From IMG/VR virus record IMGVR_UViG_3300042891_000356: a stretch of DNA of 64,000 nucleotides, one strand, 5' to 3'. Numbering within the stretch: position 1 is the first letter of the stretch; the number at the start of each line of letters is the position of its first letter. Below are positions 28,401 to 38,266 of this stretch, piece after piece. The notes beneath the pieces are model-generated. The model saw only the letters and a list, made by a program, of their open reading frames with translations. It did not search any database and was not told the DNA's origin. Source of the DNA: an uncultured virus (IMG/VR IMGVR_UViG_3300042891_000356). Its lineage: Duplodnaviria > Heunggongvirae > Uroviricota > Caudoviricetes. The position numbers were made by a program, and so were the translations under genes.

Positions 28401-31400
28401 TTCTTAGAATTGAGTGCTACATTATCAGGCATACAACCAACTGAGCCTGTGGCCAGTGTTGATTTAATCTTAACAGAAATTAACAAGATTAAAAACAAAA
28501 CATTCCCATGGTTCTACAGTGATATGGTACCGTATGGTACATTAAAAAATATTGTTAACGGTACTGGTTATACAATATTTGACCCATTGGTACGTTCATA
28601 TGAAATTACTTCAGTATTCGATGCGTCTGCATTAAGCAATAACGCAATACTTGTTTATTTAAATGATGTACAATTGATACTAGGTAGAGATTATACATTT
28701 GATACAGATCGTCCAGCAATAACATTTACAGATACTGTTACATTAGAAGTTGATGACAATGTTAAAATTGTAGAATATCAAGATACAAACGGATCTTATG
28801 TACCAGAAACTCCAACTAAGTTAGGGTTATATCCTAAATTTATTCCTGAGGTCTTTTTAGACGATACGTATCGTACACCTATTAATGTTATCCGTGGACA
28901 CGATGGTAGCATAACTCCAGCATTTGATGATTATAGAGATAGTTTTGTATTAGAATTAGAAAAACGTATATACAATAATATTACCTTGCGCGATAATAAT
29001 AGTTATCGAGACATATATGCAGTTATGCCAGGTAAATTTAGAACAAGTGAGTACTCGTTAGCTGATGCTAATCAATTATTGTCTAAGAATTTCTTAAATT
29101 GGATTGGTAACAATAAAATTGATTTCACAGTCAATGATACATTTGAAAGTAATGATCCATTTACATGGAACTATGGTCGTTTTGTTGATAGAATCGATGG
29201 TGAAATATTGCCTGGTAGTTGGAGAGCTTGTTATCAATATTTCTACGATACAATACGTCCACATTTGACTCCTTGGGAAATGTTAGGTTTTTCTACTATG
29301 CCATCATGGTGGATAGAAGAATATGGCCCTGCACCTTATACAGGTGGTAACAAACTACTATGGGATGACCTAGAACTAGGGTTAATTAAATATGGCGAGC
29401 GTGCTGGTATAGATACTATTTTTGCTCGTCCTGGGTTATCAGCAGTTATCCCTGTAGACGTAAATGGACTTTTATTAAGTCCAGCAGCAATTCTAACTGC
29501 GTCTTTCAATTCTACTAGAGCCGCAACAGCATGGGCAGTAGGTCAACAAGGACCAGTTGAAACTGCATGGCGCAATAGTAGTGATTATCCATTTGCTGCA
29601 CAACAAGCACTTGCATTGGCTAAACCAGCTAGATACTTTGGCTTATTAATGGATGTATCACGTTATTCAAAAAATAATGTATTAGAACAATATATAACTG
29701 ATACAAATGACCATATTAAACAAACATCATTGACCTTCAATGGCGACACGTCATCTGGCACAGTGGTTAGAACAGCAGGTTATATAAACTGGATTGCTGA
29801 TTTCCTAGTGAATCAAGGTATCAATCCTTCTACTATTATTACACCGTTATTGAAAAATTACGAAGTTAACCTTGCATATAAAATGGCCGGGTTCAGTGAC
29901 CAAAAATATCTACAGGTATTAGCAGAGCAAAGTTCACCAACAAGTACAAATGATAGTATTATTATACCAAACGAAAACTACAATGTACATTTGTATAAAT
30001 CAACTCCGGTTGATAAAATAGCCTACAGTGGTGTAATTGTTGAAAAAACTACCAACGGATATAGTGTACGTGGCTATAATTTATCTAATCCATATTTCAC
30101 TATTATTCCAAGTGTTATAAACACAAACGCATATAAAATTACTGTGTTAAACAATTCAGTAACTGTGTTTAGAGATTATCAAAACTTAAAACTAACAGTA
30201 CCATATGGTTACGAATTTAATACTCAACAACAGGTAGCTGATTTCTTAATTAGTTACGAAAGACATTTAATGGCGCAAGGTTTCACATTTAATGATACTG
30301 ATGAGCAACTAGGTGAAACACGTAATTGGAAATTGTCGACTAAAGAATTCTTATTCTGGGCACAACAAGGTTGGGCACCCGGCAGTATCTTAGTGTTAAG
30401 TCCGGTAGCCAATGTGATAAATGCCATTACTGTTGGTGCAATCACTGATGCTATTACAGATAGTCAATATGGTTCTAAAGTATTGGATCAAAATTTTGCA
30501 CTAGTTAAGACCACAAACTATAATGTATTACGTAGTCCGACTGCGTTTAAATTAACATTAACCAACGATGCAGTTATTGGCTATATTGAATTAAATCTAG
30601 TGCAATACGAACATGTATTAATATTTGATAATACAACAGTGTTCAATGATATTATATACAAACCAGAACTTGGTAATAGACAATTTAGATTAAAATTAAT
30701 TGGACAAAAAACAGCCGACTGGGACGGCAGTTTAAGTGCGCCGGGCTTCATTTACAATTCTGGTGACATAGATGCATGGACTGGTAACAAGGATTATTTA
30801 AAAGGCGACTTAGTACAATATAAAAATCAATATTATGTTGCACTACAAAATGTTTCAGCAACAATTGAATTTGAATTTGCCTACTGGAAACAAATTTCTA
30901 CAAGTGAAATTAAAAAAGGATTGTTACCAAACTTTGCTACTATTGCTGCTAAATCTCAAGTATACTATGATTCATATACAAACTTTAAAGATGCGGATCA
31001 AATCAAATACAGCCATGGTTTAATTGGATTTAAACCACGTCAATATCTGGCAGATCTTGGATTAAGCGACACTACGCAAATTGAATTGTATAAAGGATTT
31101 ATTAAACAAAAAGGTTCTGCCAACGCAATTAACCAATTAACCAATGCAGAATTTAATAATTTAAGCAGTGCTATAAATTTCTACGAAGAATGGGCGATTC
31201 GTGTTGGTGAATACGGTGCGTTAGATACTAACCCATACGTTGAAATTGCACTTGATGAAAAAGCATTTTCAGTCAATCCTGCGATTGCTAAATTTGTAAC
31301 TGATTCAAGTAGTGACGGTGTAACTACATTTAATAAATCACAATTATATAAATCAACTGAACAATATGCGGGTACTATTGCGTTGAATAGAAATGCGCAA

Positions 31401-34400
31401 AGTGATTATAATAATGATATCGCCACTGCTGGATATGTGAATATTGACGACGTCGATACTACTATATTTGATCTTGCTAATTTTACAGATTTAAATAATC
31501 AATTAGATGCTATCGGTACTGGCTACACTATATGGTGTGCAAAAGACTTTTCACAAAACTGGAATGTTTATCGAGTATCAGAAACTGACAATCATGTGTT
31601 TTTAGTATCTAACTCACTTGATGGATTTGTGACATTTACCACAGATGAACCGCATGGTTTATCTGCAGGTGATATATTCTTAATTCGTAGCTTTGCTACA
31701 GAATTTGATGGATTCTATCAAGTTGAAAGTGTAGTTGACCTTAATAATATATTAGTCAAGTACTCTGGTGATACAACACAATTAACCACACTCGACGGTG
31801 ACGGTATGTTGTTTATGCTAGACAGCATACGATTCCAGTACATGGAAGATGCACGTTTATATACTCCTCCACATCAATGGAAAGTTGGTGAAAAGATTTG
31901 GATTGATGACGACGCTGAAACAACAGCGGTACAAGGTCAACCATTTGGTACGCAACCAAGCGGTACATGGAAAGTATACGAAAAAACACACCCATGGGAG
32001 ATAGGTCAACGCTTAGTAAAACCAACTAGCGAATACTCGGCAAACATAGGCTATGGCCAAGCATTAAAAATGATTGACAATGCTGAGCAAAATATTTTTG
32101 TTGGTACTACATTGTATGCAAACTTATCCGTTTCGACTAACACAGGTGCAGTAAATGTGTTTGACAAAGTTATGGCAGTGGCATTAAGTGGAAATGTTAC
32201 TGTAACAGCCGGCGATTACATAACACAATCATCGACTGGTGCTAATTTAACTGTGTTAACAAGTGGTGCTAATATTAGTAATATTTCGTTGAGCTATTAT
32301 GGAACTACGACATTAACTACAGGCATTAACAATGGCAATATTGCCATCAATGGATCTAATGTTGCTGTATATCCAACCACAATAACTAATAATGTATATG
32401 TTGAAACTACAACTATAACACCGGATGGCGCAAATACATTTAATTACGGTTCGCATATCGATACAGCCGTTGACGGCCAACAGGTACGTCTAGCAGTTAA
32501 CGCACCAACAAGTTCTGGTTTAGCCGGTGCTGCTAATGTTGGTCTAGTGTATACCTATAATAAACTTGAAGGTGAAACTGTTTGGAATAGAGGACAGGTT
32601 ATTGTAGGTAATGTTATTGCCACCGACGGACAATTTGGCTACGGCTTTGCATTTGATGAATTAGGTCACTGGTTATATGTTGGTGCACCTTACGAATCAA
32701 CTCCTAAAGTTTATGTCTACGGCTTAAAACGATTTGTAACAAGTAATATTGGAACAGTTACTACACCAAGTTCTGTGTCATCTGTAACAGTGCCATTCAC
32801 ACCAGAAGTTACTGATGATGCTAATTCATTAGTAGTTACAAGTGCAACACGTACATATATTCCAAATATTGATTACACCTTATCTGGAACAACTTTAGAT
32901 TTTTCAATATCAGCTAATATACCTAATGCTACTACACTGACAATTTCACAAGGTCCGTATTATGCATTAGTTGAAACTATCGATGGACCAGTGGGCAGTG
33001 AATTTGGTTATTGCATTGATGCAAGTTTAAATGGTGCACAACTTGGTGTAGGTGCACCTGCAGATACTGTTAACGTAGCAGTGTTTAGCGATGGAATAAC
33101 AACAGTTGACAGATCAATTCCTGTAGGAACTAATACTGCATCAATTACAGTGGATGGTAATGTATTACCGCGCATATCATATGTTGAAAATTCAAATGCG
33201 GGTGCTGTTTATGTTTATGATCGTGTTATAGAAGCATTTAATAGTACAAATGGCACAATATATACTACAGAAGAAACAATTGCTGATGTACATACAGTAA
33301 CAATTGATGATATTGAAACACGTGATTACACAGTGACTGGCGCAAACGAAATAACCTTATTTGTGCCGCTTGGCGTGGGTAAAAACGTAAAAATTGAAAC
33401 TAATAAATTTACTCTATTAGAAAGATTAATTGGAATTGACAGTCTAGGCGGAAGTTTAAGTGCTATTCAACAAGGCGCACGATTTGGATCATCATTAACT
33501 ATCTGTTCAAATAATTGTGCATTCTACATTGGTGCCCCATTCTATAATGCAGGTACAGTTTATAATACTGGTGCTGTATGGAAATTTCATAACAAAGGTA
33601 CACTATATGGCATTAACAGAGGATTTACAAAGAACCCAACATTTACTCCAGGCGATACAATTCGTTTAGATAACTTCCAAATTACTGTAACTGGTACAAG
33701 TTTAGATAGTTTAATTGAAGATATCAATGATGCTAATCTATTGGGTATTACGGCAGTTAATGAAAATGGATACCTAAGATTAGACAGTGATAAAACTGTA
33801 GCTAAAAATCGTTTACGTGTCTTATCAGGTAGTGGCACAGTGTATGCTGATGCAGGTTTGGCTATATTTGCATTCATGCAAATTATTGTTAATCCATATA
33901 ATAGTAGTGATGAATATTTTGGTACTAAAGTTATATTAGCTCGTAACGCATATATGTTGGTTATTAGTAGTGACAGAGGAACAACCAATACGTTTACTAC
34001 CTTTGATAGTGACACTACAGTAATCGATGATGATTCTACATCGTTCGTTGATAGTGTTAAAGCCAGCGGTAGTGTGTACACATATGAATTATATGATGAC
34101 CCTCGTGATATGGTTGAACATCCCGGACGTTATGCATTCTGTCAACAACTTGATCCAACTGATTTAAACACAGGTGACGGCTTTGGTACAGCCATTGATA
34201 TAATTGGCGGATATATTATAGTAAGTGCACCGAGCGATGATACTACAATTACTGATGGTGGTAGCATCTACTTGTTTAACAATCCAACAGGTCGTCGTGG
34301 ATGGAGTCTGATTAGATATCAACAACCAACAGTGGATATAGAATCAGTTAATAGAATGTATCTATATAGTAATCTGTCAAACACTATTCTAACAACATTA

Positions 34401-37400
34401 GAATTTATTGATCCTGTAAAAGGTAAAATACTTGGTCGTGCAGAACAAGAAATAGCATACAAAACTGGCTACGATCCAGCTGTATATAATCGTGGCACGA
34501 ATAGTGCAGTTAGTTTAAATGATTCTATATTTTGGAGTAGTACACAAATTGGACAAGTATGGTGGAATCTAAGTCAACTTAGTTATATTGACTACGAGCA
34601 AGATACATTAACATATCGTAGTATTAATTGGGGTCGACTATTCCCTGGTTCAACAGTTGAGGTATTAGAGTGGGTAGAAAGTTCATACCTACCAAGTGCG
34701 TATGTTGCTAGTGGTGGTGAGGGTATTCCAAAATACGAAGACGACAGTGCGTATGTTGAACTTGCGTATGTTGATGCAGTTACTAATATTATTAGTATTA
34801 AATATTTTTACTGGGTTAAAAATAAAACAACTGTTGATCCAAATAATACTACTAGACGTTTGCCGCTTGCTGCAATACAGGACATAATTGAAAATCCTAA
34901 AAATCAAGGCACACCTTATGCAGCAATTATACAAAACAATGCCTTTGTTTTATACAACGTGGGTAGTTATCTTTCTGCGCAAAATACTATATTGCACCTT
35001 GACTATAACACAGTTAAGAATACCAATATTATTCACAGCGAATATGAGTTAGTAGAAAAAGGTAATGCAAATAGTATAATATCTCCTAAAATTATTAATA
35101 AATTAATTGATAGTTTAGCTGGTATCGATATACTAGGTGCAGAAGTACCTGATCCTACTCTAAGTGCAGCTGATAAATTTGGCCTAGGAACAAGACCACG
35201 TCAAGCAATTTTTGCTGATAGAATTGCAGCTTATGCTAACCTAGTAGAATATGTTAATAGTGTGTTGATAACTAAACCAATTGCTAGAAATTGTGATTTA
35301 ACTACTATCAGTTCTTCTGAAGCACAACCTAATATTAAATTAGGCGAATATGATTTAAAAATAGCAACAGAATTAGAATTAGCATATATCGATGTAGCGG
35401 TATTAGCTGTTGGCTACAAAGTTTTAGTAAATCAAGATACTACCCGAGATAATTTGTGGGTTCTGTACGAACTATCTACGGATAAAACTTGGGAAGTTAT
35501 TCAAGTACAAAGTTATAAAACTGACTTGTATTGGGATTATGTTGATTGGTATGCACCAGGTTATGGTATAGATACACAACTTGAATATGTAGTTGACACA
35601 CTAACAGATGCATTAAAATTACCAGTTGCTGTTGGCGATGATGTACTTGTTAGAGTAAGCAGTGGGGGCAATCGTGGTTGGAACTTATTAGTTCTTAACA
35701 GTGATGGTCAATTCGATGTAGTGGGTATACAAGACGGGACTATACAATTAAAAACATCATCTGGTAATTTTATTAATAATAAAACTCCAACTACTGAAAT
35801 TCGTTATATAATTAATGCACTTAAAGATGATATTTTTGTTGGCGAGTTAGATACGGAATTTAATAAATTATTCTTTGTAATGATTAACTATCTATTCAAT
35901 GAACAAAAATATGTTGATTGGATATTTAAAACTAGCTTCATTAGTGTATCACATAAATTGCGATCACTACTACAATATCCTAATTATATCAAAGATAATC
36001 AAACATATTATGAAGATTACATTACAGAAGTTAAACCGTATTCAACTAAAATACGTGAATATTCTATTAACTACGATAGTAATGATGAATTTGCGGGTAG
36101 TGTAACGGACTTTGATTTACCACCATACTATGATACAGAAACAAAAGTATTCCGTAGTCCAAGTGGTGAAAATGTAGTAAAAGATGAAGCACTATGGCAA
36201 ACGGATACTTACAGTCAATGGTATGCAAACAGAAATCATCAAGTTGAAAGCATTGTAGTAGAGTATGGTGGTAGCGGATACACAGCCGAACCAATCGTTA
36301 CTATTGTAGGCGGCGGACTAGCTGCCACAGGAGCAACTGCACGTGCAATCATCGACTTTGATTTAGGTACGGTGACTAGCATTGAGATTTTAACTCGTGG
36401 TACTGGATATTTCTTAACTCCAACTGTGTTAATCAATGGTACAAATACAACACCAGCAACTGCTTATGCTGTACTTAAAAATAATCAAATTAGAACATTT
36501 GATACAACACTAAAATTTGACAGAATCAGTTACACAAGTAGTGTACAAGAATGGACAGCTAATACTGCTTATACTGTTGGTGATATTGTAACTCATATAG
36601 GTTCACTGGCTGGTGCTGTTCGTCATGCATTTATAGTAAATGCAAACATAACATCGGGTTCTACTTTTGTACACACAGAGGATTATACACGCTACAGTTC
36701 AGCTAATTTTACCAATGCAAATGATCGTATTGTAGGATACTACGAGCCGGGTGCTTCGATGCCAGCACGTGATTTAACACAATTACTACGCGGTATTGAT
36801 TATCCAGGAGTAAAAGTACAAGGCCTTGGATTTGACCAAGCACCTGGTTTCAGCGGAGCAACGCCATTTGATACTGGATTGTTTGACCAAATACAATATG
36901 ATGCAGATGGTTTACCATTGTTAGATGATGCAACGGTAGACACAATTATTCGTAGCAGCTACACTGACTTGGCATTAGGCACACGTGCTGAAGATATTGA
37001 TGTTGTGGGCGGTGCGTATGTTGATACATATTCAAGTCATGCTCCAGAAGAAATGGTTCCTGGTATTGTATTTGATACTTTAGACATGCAGGTCTATACT
37101 AAAATTAATGGCAATGTTGATGTAATTGCCTACAGAATGTTTAGTAACATGATGCGTGAAGAAAGTTATTTACGTATTGCCGATGCACATGCAACAACCT
37201 TAGCGGCTCCATTGAGCTTGACTGATACTGAAATTGTTGTAACAGATGCTAGCAAGTTGGCAGAACCTTTTGTGGATGCTATTGGCATAGCTAAGATAGC
37301 TATCCCTGGAGTAATATTCATTAACGGTGAACGCATAACTTATTACACTCGTGATTTAATGACTAATACACTAGGACAAATACGTCGAGGCACACAAGGT

Positions 37401-38264
37401 ACAGCAACGCCAGTAATTCAACTTGCTGGTACGGTTGTAACTGATGGTAGTGTTGATCAAATTATTCCAGGAACAGTGGCTAATGTTGTCCTTAGTACAA
37501 CTACTCCATATACTGTAACATCGACTCCGTCATATTATCTTTCATTGTCTGACAGTGTAACTGCTAATGTAGGTGATGTAATAACACAAACTGTATCTGG
37601 TGCATCATTGACAGTAGCAGGTATTGATTCTGTAGCAAGAGTGTTGTTAGTAGTGCGTAATAACTTAAACAGCCTAACGTTCCAAGATAATTACTTAGAA
37701 CTAAGTGGAAATATTACAGTATCCAGTGGTGATTACATAACGCAAGCATCAACAGGTGCTAATGTAACAGTATTGACTAGTGGTGCTAACATTAGTAACG
37801 TTTCTGTAAGTTACTACGGTATTACAACATTGACTACAGGTAAAGCCGGCGGCAATATTGCAATAAATGGATCTAATGTTGCTGTATACCCAACTACTGT
37901 AACTGGTAATGTGATTGTTGATACAGAAATAGTAATAAATGGTAATAGCACTGGAAATGTTTACCCATTGAGTATTGTTCCTGTTGGTAGAAACAATGAT
38001 GGAATTCCGTTTGTTGATAGTAACGGCAACGTGACTATTGCGGCAAATATAGAATTACACACAACAAACGTATGGTATAATTTAGGCAGTGGGGTAGCAA
38101 CAGATGGTACTGGATTTGATGGCTCAACAACAGTACCGGTATTATTTTTAAAAGCCAGCACAGCATCGAATATTGTAGTTACTGCAATTAAAGATATGAT
38201 TACATCAGAAGATGCGGTAAATACACTAACTACTGAAGATGGTAACACAATTATTGAGGATTAA
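25446..38264 (+). CDS. Giant baseplate wedge / virion structural protein (4272 aa, gp7-position)
   Basis: Uninterrupted ORF after gp6, containing FG-GAP-like repeats, GSGY..P.V motifs and WxxxxxYxxGDxV modules. Confidence 0.8.
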   Translation: MATKKTSNFLPTIFQTDVNNKFLSATMDQLVTEPNLRNIYGYIGRTFAPTYKNKDSYVIENSANRQKYQLEPSIVVRNEQKEITFFAGYNDILNKIEYYSGLTSNHDRLFDGEYYSFDPQISFDKFVNFSQYYWLKDGPDPVDVNTSGVDLEKTFTVTRNANISRYDFTTGGLIKNTITLARGGQYTFEVDQLGAGFWIQTELGVDGLVNATPTISTRDVLGVTNNGAETGTITFNVPQTTAQERYVLMNVVANVEYAVPLAYSDIQNRTVSQFLAEFPAYAGITGQLNGKTAIFIDQNLLTSRGEEAWTMPEVIDPVTGLVVSGYDAGTVIPTDQRYGVWRVQFNDIGNIDDPLIRLVHVQDVLLNEKVYIRSGFVNANKEFFKDYDEFFHVVPVISSIQDTLYFQDGSDPSIYGTIKLVDIAGWEIDIENDILGKPNYTSPNGVIFTSGLKVSFGSDVTPAAYQNKEYYVEGVGAPTGIQLIDVELLVTPELYNDELALNYPDGLPGNVSNAEYITINRASKDLNPWTRGNRWFHRDVIKLTAEYNNVVVTYDQTYRAQRPIVQFEADLQLFNFGRIGKRPIDILDTTTRDAFNELNGQVLTVIGGVTLVDGMRILFTNDIDPVVRDNIYVINLVQTQLDEQGLLTGPVYVNLNPADDANNEIYDTVVVKAGLYKGTAWWYNGDTWTQSQTKTSLQQDPLFDVYDAAGTRLAEYESSTFAGTRLFGYNRTSTSTTADTVLYFPLKYRTFRAQGDIEFSNYFDTDTFSYVRDRVAYTDRIATGFLQQIVDRNTLIPKNNWNTVVEPLKQYQLITYIYDGINSPFKIDVTPVASASVPHVKVYKNNTFLKTTQWTLTNNALTLSTAPAIGDKIDILVYSTEISALGQYQVPQNLDLNAQNIDLASLTLGQIRNHLVELSQNSTELVGDVLSDSNLRDIEIKSQGGNILQHSAPISNAALFLLNDSTNFIDAIRYAQQEYARFKNKFLELSATLSGIQPTEPVASVDLILTEINKIKNKTFPWFYSDMVPYGTLKNIVNGTGYTIFDPLVRSYEITSVFDASALSNNAILVYLNDVQLILGRDYTFDTDRPAITFTDTVTLEVDDNVKIVEYQDTNGSYVPETPTKLGLYPKFIPEVFLDDTYRTPINVIRGHDGSITPAFDDYRDSFVLELEKRIYNNITLRDNNSYRDIYAVMPGKFRTSEYSLADANQLLSKNFLNWIGNNKIDFTVNDTFESNDPFTWNYGRFVDRIDGEILPGSWRACYQYFYDTIRPHLTPWEMLGFSTMPSWWIEEYGPAPYTGGNKLLWDDLELGLIKYGERAGIDTIFARPGLSAVIPVDVNGLLLSPAAILTASFNSTRAATAWAVGQQGPVETAWRNSSDYPFAAQQALALAKPARYFGLLMDVSRYSKNNVLEQYITDTNDHIKQTSLTFNGDTSSGTVVRTAGYINWIADFLVNQGINPSTIITPLLKNYEVNLAYKMAGFSDQKYLQVLAEQSSPTSTNDSIIIPNENYNVHLYKSTPVDKIAYSGVIVEKTTNGYSVRGYNLSNPYFTIIPSVINTNAYKITVLNNSVTVFRDYQNLKLTVPYGYEFNTQQQVADFLISYERHLMAQGFTFNDTDEQLGETRNWKLSTKEFLFWAQQGWAPGSILVLSPVANVINAITVGAITDAITDSQYGSKVLDQNFALVKTTNYNVLRSPTAFKLTLTNDAVIGYIELNLVQYEHVLIFDNTTVFNDIIYKPELGNRQFRLKLIGQKTADWDGSLSAPGFIYNSGDIDAWTGNKDYLKGDLVQYKNQYYVALQNVSATIEFEFAYWKQISTSEIKKGLLPNFATIAAKSQVYYDSYTNFKDADQIKYSHGLIGFKPRQYLADLGLSDTTQIELYKGFIKQKGSANAINQLTNAEFNNLSSAINFYEEWAIRVGEYGALDTNPYVEIALDEKAFSVNPAIAKFVTDSSSDGVTTFNKSQLYKSTEQYAGTIALNRNAQSDYNNDIATAGYVNIDDVDTTIFDLANFTDLNNQLDAIGTGYTIWCAKDFSQNWNVYRVSETDNHVFLVSNSLDGFVTFTTDEPHGLSAGDIFLIRSFATEFDGFYQVESVVDLNNILVKYSGDTTQLTTLDGDGMLFMLDSIRFQYMEDARLYTPPHQWKVGEKIWIDDDAETTAVQGQPFGTQPSGTWKVYEKTHPWEIGQRLVKPTSEYSANIGYGQALKMIDNAEQNIFVGTTLYANLSVSTNTGAVNVFDKVMAVALSGNVTVTAGDYITQSSTGANLTVLTSGANISNISLSYYGTTTLTTGINNGNIAINGSNVAVYPTTITNNVYVETTTITPDGANTFNYGSHIDTAVDGQQVRLAVNAPTSSGLAGAANVGLVYTYNKLEGETVWNRGQVIVGNVIATDGQFGYGFAFDELGHWLYVGAPYESTPKVYVYGLKRFVTSNIGTVTTPSSVSSVTVPFTPEVTDDANSLVVTSATRTYIPNIDYTLSGTTLDFSISANIPNATTLTISQGPYYALVETIDGPVGSEFGYCIDASLNGAQLGVGAPADTVNVAVFSDGITTVDRSIPVGTNTASITVDGNVLPRISYVENSNAGAVYVYDRVIEAFNSTNGTIYTTEETIADVHTVTIDDIETRDYTVTGANEITLFVPLGVGKNVKIETNKFTLLERLIGIDSLGGSLSAIQQGARFGSSLTICSNNCAFYIGAPFYNAGTVYNTGAVWKFHNKGTLYGINRGFTKNPTFTPGDTIRLDNFQITVTGTSLDSLIEDINDANLLGITAVNENGYLRLDSDKTVAKNRLRVLSGSGTVYADAGLAIFAFMQIIVNPYNSSDEYFGTKVILARNAYMLVISSDRGTTNTFTTFDSDTTVIDDDSTSFVDSVKASGSVYTYELYDDPRDMVEHPGRYAFCQQLDPTDLNTGDGFGTAIDIIGGYIIVSAPSDDTTITDGGSIYLFNNPTGRRGWSLIRYQQPTVDIESVNRMYLYSNLSNTILTTLEFIDPVKGKILGRAEQEIAYKTGYDPAVYNRGTNSAVSLNDSIFWSSTQIGQVWWNLSQLSYIDYEQDTLTYRSINWGRLFPGSTVEVLEWVESSYLPSAYVASGGEGIPKYEDDSAYVELAYVDAVTNIISIKYFYWVKNKTTVDPNNTTRRLPLAAIQDIIENPKNQGTPYAAIIQNNAFVLYNVGSYLSAQNTILHLDYNTVKNTNIIHSEYELVEKGNANSIISPKIINKLIDSLAGIDILGAEVPDPTLSAADKFGLGTRPRQAIFADRIAAYANLVEYVNSVLITKPIARNCDLTTISSSEAQPNIKLGEYDLKIATELELAYIDVAVLAVGYKVLVNQDTTRDNLWVLYELSTDKTWEVIQVQSYKTDLYWDYVDWYAPGYGIDTQLEYVVDTLTDALKLPVAVGDDVLVRVSSGGNRGWNLLVLNSDGQFDVVGIQDGTIQLKTSSGNFINNKTPTTEIRYIINALKDDIFVGELDTEFNKLFFVMINYLFNEQKYVDWIFKTSFISVSHKLRSLLQYPNYIKDNQTYYEDYITEVKPYSTKIREYSINYDSNDEFAGSVTDFDLPPYYDTETKVFRSPSGENVVKDEALWQTDTYSQWYANRNHQVESIVVEYGGSGYTAEPIVTIVGGGLAATGATARAIIDFDLGTVTSIEILTRGTGYFLTPTVLINGTNTTPATAYAVLKNNQIRTFDTTLKFDRISYTSSVQEWTANTAYTVGDIVTHIGSLAGAVRHAFIVNANITSGSTFVHTEDYTRYSSANFTNANDRIVGYYEPGASMPARDLTQLLRGIDYPGVKVQGLGFDQAPGFSGATPFDTGLFDQIQYDADGLPLLDDATVDTIIRSSYTDLALGTRAEDIDVVGGAYVDTYSSHAPEEMVPGIVFDTLDMQVYTKINGNVDVIAYRMFSNMMREESYLRIADAHATTLAAPLSLTDTEIVVTDASKLAEPFVDAIGIAKIAIPGVIFINGERITYYTRDLMTNTLGQIRRGTQGTATPVIQLAGTVVTDGSVDQIIPGTVANVVLSTTTPYTVTSTPSYYLSLSDSVTANVGDVITQTVSGASLTVAGIDSVARVLLVVRNNLNSLTFQDNYLELSGNITVSSGDYITQASTGANVTVLTSGANISNVSVSYYGITTLTTGKAGGNIAINGSNVAVYPTTVTGNVIVDTEIVINGNSTGNVYPLSIVPVGRNNDGIPFVDSNGNVTIAANIELHTTNVWYNLGSGVATDGTGFDGSTTVPVLFLKASTASNIVVTAIKDMITSEDAVNTLTTEDGNTIIED
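32185..32386 (+). repeat. Intragenic ~200 bp direct repeat, copy 1
   Basis: Encodes LSGNVTVTAGDYITQSSTGANLTVLTSGANISNISLSYYG...NGSNVAVYPTT, closely matching 37702-37903. Confidence 0.9.
37702..37903 (+). repeat. Intragenic ~200 bp direct repeat, copy 2
   Basis: Encodes LSGNITVSSGDYITQASTGANVTVLTSGANISNVSVSYYG...NGSNVAVYPTT. Confidence 0.9.
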
Positions 38265-38266
38265 GA

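Noticed and set aside
32185..37903. Repeat pair as a diversity-generating retroelement TR/VR
   Set aside because: Mismatches are mostly third-position and involve all bases rather than being adenine-specific. Both copies are in-frame coding, and no reverse transcriptase is present in the window.
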